From NCBI GenBank assembly GCA_965214705.1, contig OZ243972.1:3776001-3840000 (forward strand): a stretch of 64,000 bases of DNA. The letters are read 5' to 3'. Every line of letters begins with the position of its first letter. The first letter of the stretch is position 1. The notes below the pieces were generated by a model, which was not told the DNA's origin, did no database searches, and worked only from the letters and a program-made list of their open reading frames with translations. Source of the stretch: Alphaproteobacteria bacterium. GTDB lineage: Bacteria > Pseudomonadota > Alphaproteobacteria > UBA828. Of this stretch, positions 62,436 to 64,000 are shown in pieces. The position numbers and the translations under genes are program-made.

Positions 62436-63668
62436 TCAGACGCCGCCGCCGTCACGCCAGAGGCGAGGCCAGTTGAGGCCGAGGAGGAAGGCGGCGACCA
62501 ATCCTTCCGCCGCAACGATGCGCACGGCATTGGCGCCGCCGAACAGCTCGCCCATGAGGCCGATATTGGTGAAGCCGATCACGCCTGCGCCGATGGTGAG
62601 CGAGAGGATGCCGAGCAGCCGGCCACGCATCTCTGGCGGCGCGATCCCATAAATCAAGACGGTCTGCATGGTGGAGAAGCCGGCCGCGCCGAGGCCCACG
62701 AAGAAGATCACGATTGCCATTGGTGCGACGTCCGTCATCCAGCTCGCGACGAAGGCGAGCGCGGAGTAACTCGCCGTGCCGAAGAAGTAGAGGCGCCGAT
62801 ACGCCCCCGGCCGCACGCCGAGGGCGGCGATCAAGAGTGCACCGGCAAAGGCACCGCCGCCTTCCAGCGCGGCAAGGCCACCGATGGCGGCAGCATTCAG
62901 GCCGAGGTTCTCCGTGCCGATGACCGGGATCATCGAGACGAAGGGGAAGCCCCAGATGTTAAAGATCACCGTGACATAGAGGATGCGGCGGACCTCGGGC
63001 TCCTGCGCGAGAAAGCGAAAACCCTCACGAAAATCGCCCAGCAGCCTCGCGGAGCGCTGCCCGACACTGGAAGCAGCGAAGGCCTTGGGCACGCCCGGCG
63101 TCAGGATCAGGCAAAGCGCATAGAGTGCTGCCGCCAGGCCAAAGGCGCCGCCGAGGCCCAGCCACTGATAGAGCAGCCCGCCGAACAACGGACCAATGAG
63201 CCGCATGGCGTTGCTGGTGGCACTGTCGAGGCTCATGCCGGCGGCGATCCGCTCCGCCCCGGCAGCATCGCCGATCATCCGCCGCCTGACCGGCATGTCC
63301 GTGGTCCAGACGACTCCGGAGAGGAAGGTCGCCAGTGCAATGTGCCAATAGGCGGCGACGCCCGAGAGCGCGAGGGCGAGAACGGCGAGCGAGACCAGCG
63401 CCGCTAGCCCGAGCGAGCTATAGAGCAGAATTCGCGGGGCCAGGCGATCGGCGAAGGTGCCGACAATGGGGCCGAACACGGCGAGCGGCAGCATCCGCAG
63501 GATGACGAGAAGCGCCACCAGCACCGGCGCCCCCGTCGTCTCGACGGCGAAGACGCCGACCACCAGCAGCTCCAGCCAGCGGGAGCCCATGCTGAGGAGA
63601 CCGATGAGCCAAAGGCGCAAATAAAGGCGGTCGCCCAGAAGCTCGGTCAACCGGCGCGGCAGGATCAT
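62436..63668 (-). CDS. MFS transporter
   Basis: About 12 hydrophobic segments, GTFADRL, RLIGPLFGG, PEMRGR. Confidence 0.85.
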   Translation of the reverse strand: MILPRRLTELLGDRLYLRLWLIGLLSMGSRWLELLVVGVFAVETTGAPVLVALLVILRMLPLAVFGPIVGTFADRLAPRILLYSSLGLAALVSLAVLALALSGVAAYWHIALATFLSGVVWTTDMPVRRRMIGDAAGAERIAAGMSLDSATSNAMRLIGPLFGGLLYQWLGLGGAFGLAAALYALCLILTPGVPKAFAASSVGQRSARLLGDFREGFRFLAQEPEVRRILYVTVIFNIWGFPFVSMIPVIGTENLGLNAAAIGGLAALEGGGAFAGALLIAALGVRPGAYRRLYFFGTASYSALAFVASWMTDVAPMAIVIFFVGLGAAGFSTMQTVLIYGIAPPEMRGRLLGILSLTIGAGVIGFTNIGLMGELFGGANAVRIVAAEGLVAAFLLGLNWPRLWRDGGGV

Positions 63669-63845
63669 CGATGGCGCCTCGCGTTGGGCGGCAGGGTTGA
63701 GGGGACAGAGGTCAGTCGTTGGCCCGGTCGGGCGATGGGACGTGCGGCTCCGAAGGCGCCGGCACCACACCACTATGACACGAACCGGCGCGGATTGGGG
63801 GACGGCGGTCTGCCCGGTGCGATTGTGCGTGAGTCTCGGCGTCAC

Positions 63846-63872
63846 GGCATTGATTGCATTGCTATCAATGCC
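63846..63872. promoter_or_regulatory. Palindromic operator upstream of the FitA-like antitoxin
   Basis: GGCATTGATTGCA-T-TGCTATCAATGCC (one mismatch). Confidence 0.65.
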
Positions 63873-63908
63873 TACATTTCATGAACTGAGAGGGATGGAG
63901 GCGGCGCA

Positions 63909-64000
63909 ATGGCCAGCATTACGATCCGCAACCTCGACGATGGTGTGAAGACACGGCTGCGAATTCGGGCGGCCGAGCACGGACGTTCGATGGAGGAAGA
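63909..64000 (+). CDS. FitA/plasmid-stability (RHH) antitoxin, partial at window edge
   Basis: Manual translation MASITIRNLDDGVKTRLRIRAAEHGRSMEE; GGAGG SD. Confidence 0.82.
   Translation, partial: MASITIRNLDDGVKTRLRIRAAEHGRSMEE

Overview
GC-rich chromosomal window from an alphaproteobacterium. A Rhodospirillales/Kiloniellales-like lineage and a possibly host-associated marine lifestyle are inferred from gene content only. Core blocks are an Rrf2-sufBCDS-sufU-sufT-sufA Fe-S operon, tRNA-Pro, hupB-tRNA-Val-tRNA-Asp, a complete nuoA-N operon followed by birA-coaX-rnj-mce-DUF1467, and proS-lolE-lolD. Accessory genes include a CUT1 ABC transporter, a multicopper oxidase, an acetoacetate-CoA ligase, a D-carbamoylase and a lipoprotein S8 protease with a Pro-rich repeat. 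About 16 kb of accessory genes lie between DUF1467 and proS, including an SBP-VOC fusion ORF and a candidate catabolic cluster (PotD-like ABC, DUF3830, SAF-domain oxidoreductase, PhyH dioxygenase, OYE-type flavoprotein, amidase). A GPP34/GOLPH3-like gene is paired with a STAS gene. Three toxin-antitoxin modules are present: MNT-HEPN with a frameshifted toxin, DinJ-YafQ behind a 47-bp palindrome, and a partial FitA-like gene. I saw no integrase, transposase, CRISPR array or rRNA. The best candidates for undescribed biology are the catabolic cluster, the GPP34-STAS pair, the SBP-VOC fusion and a short AT-rich element next to tRNA-Pro. All family assignments come from motif recognition, not database searches.
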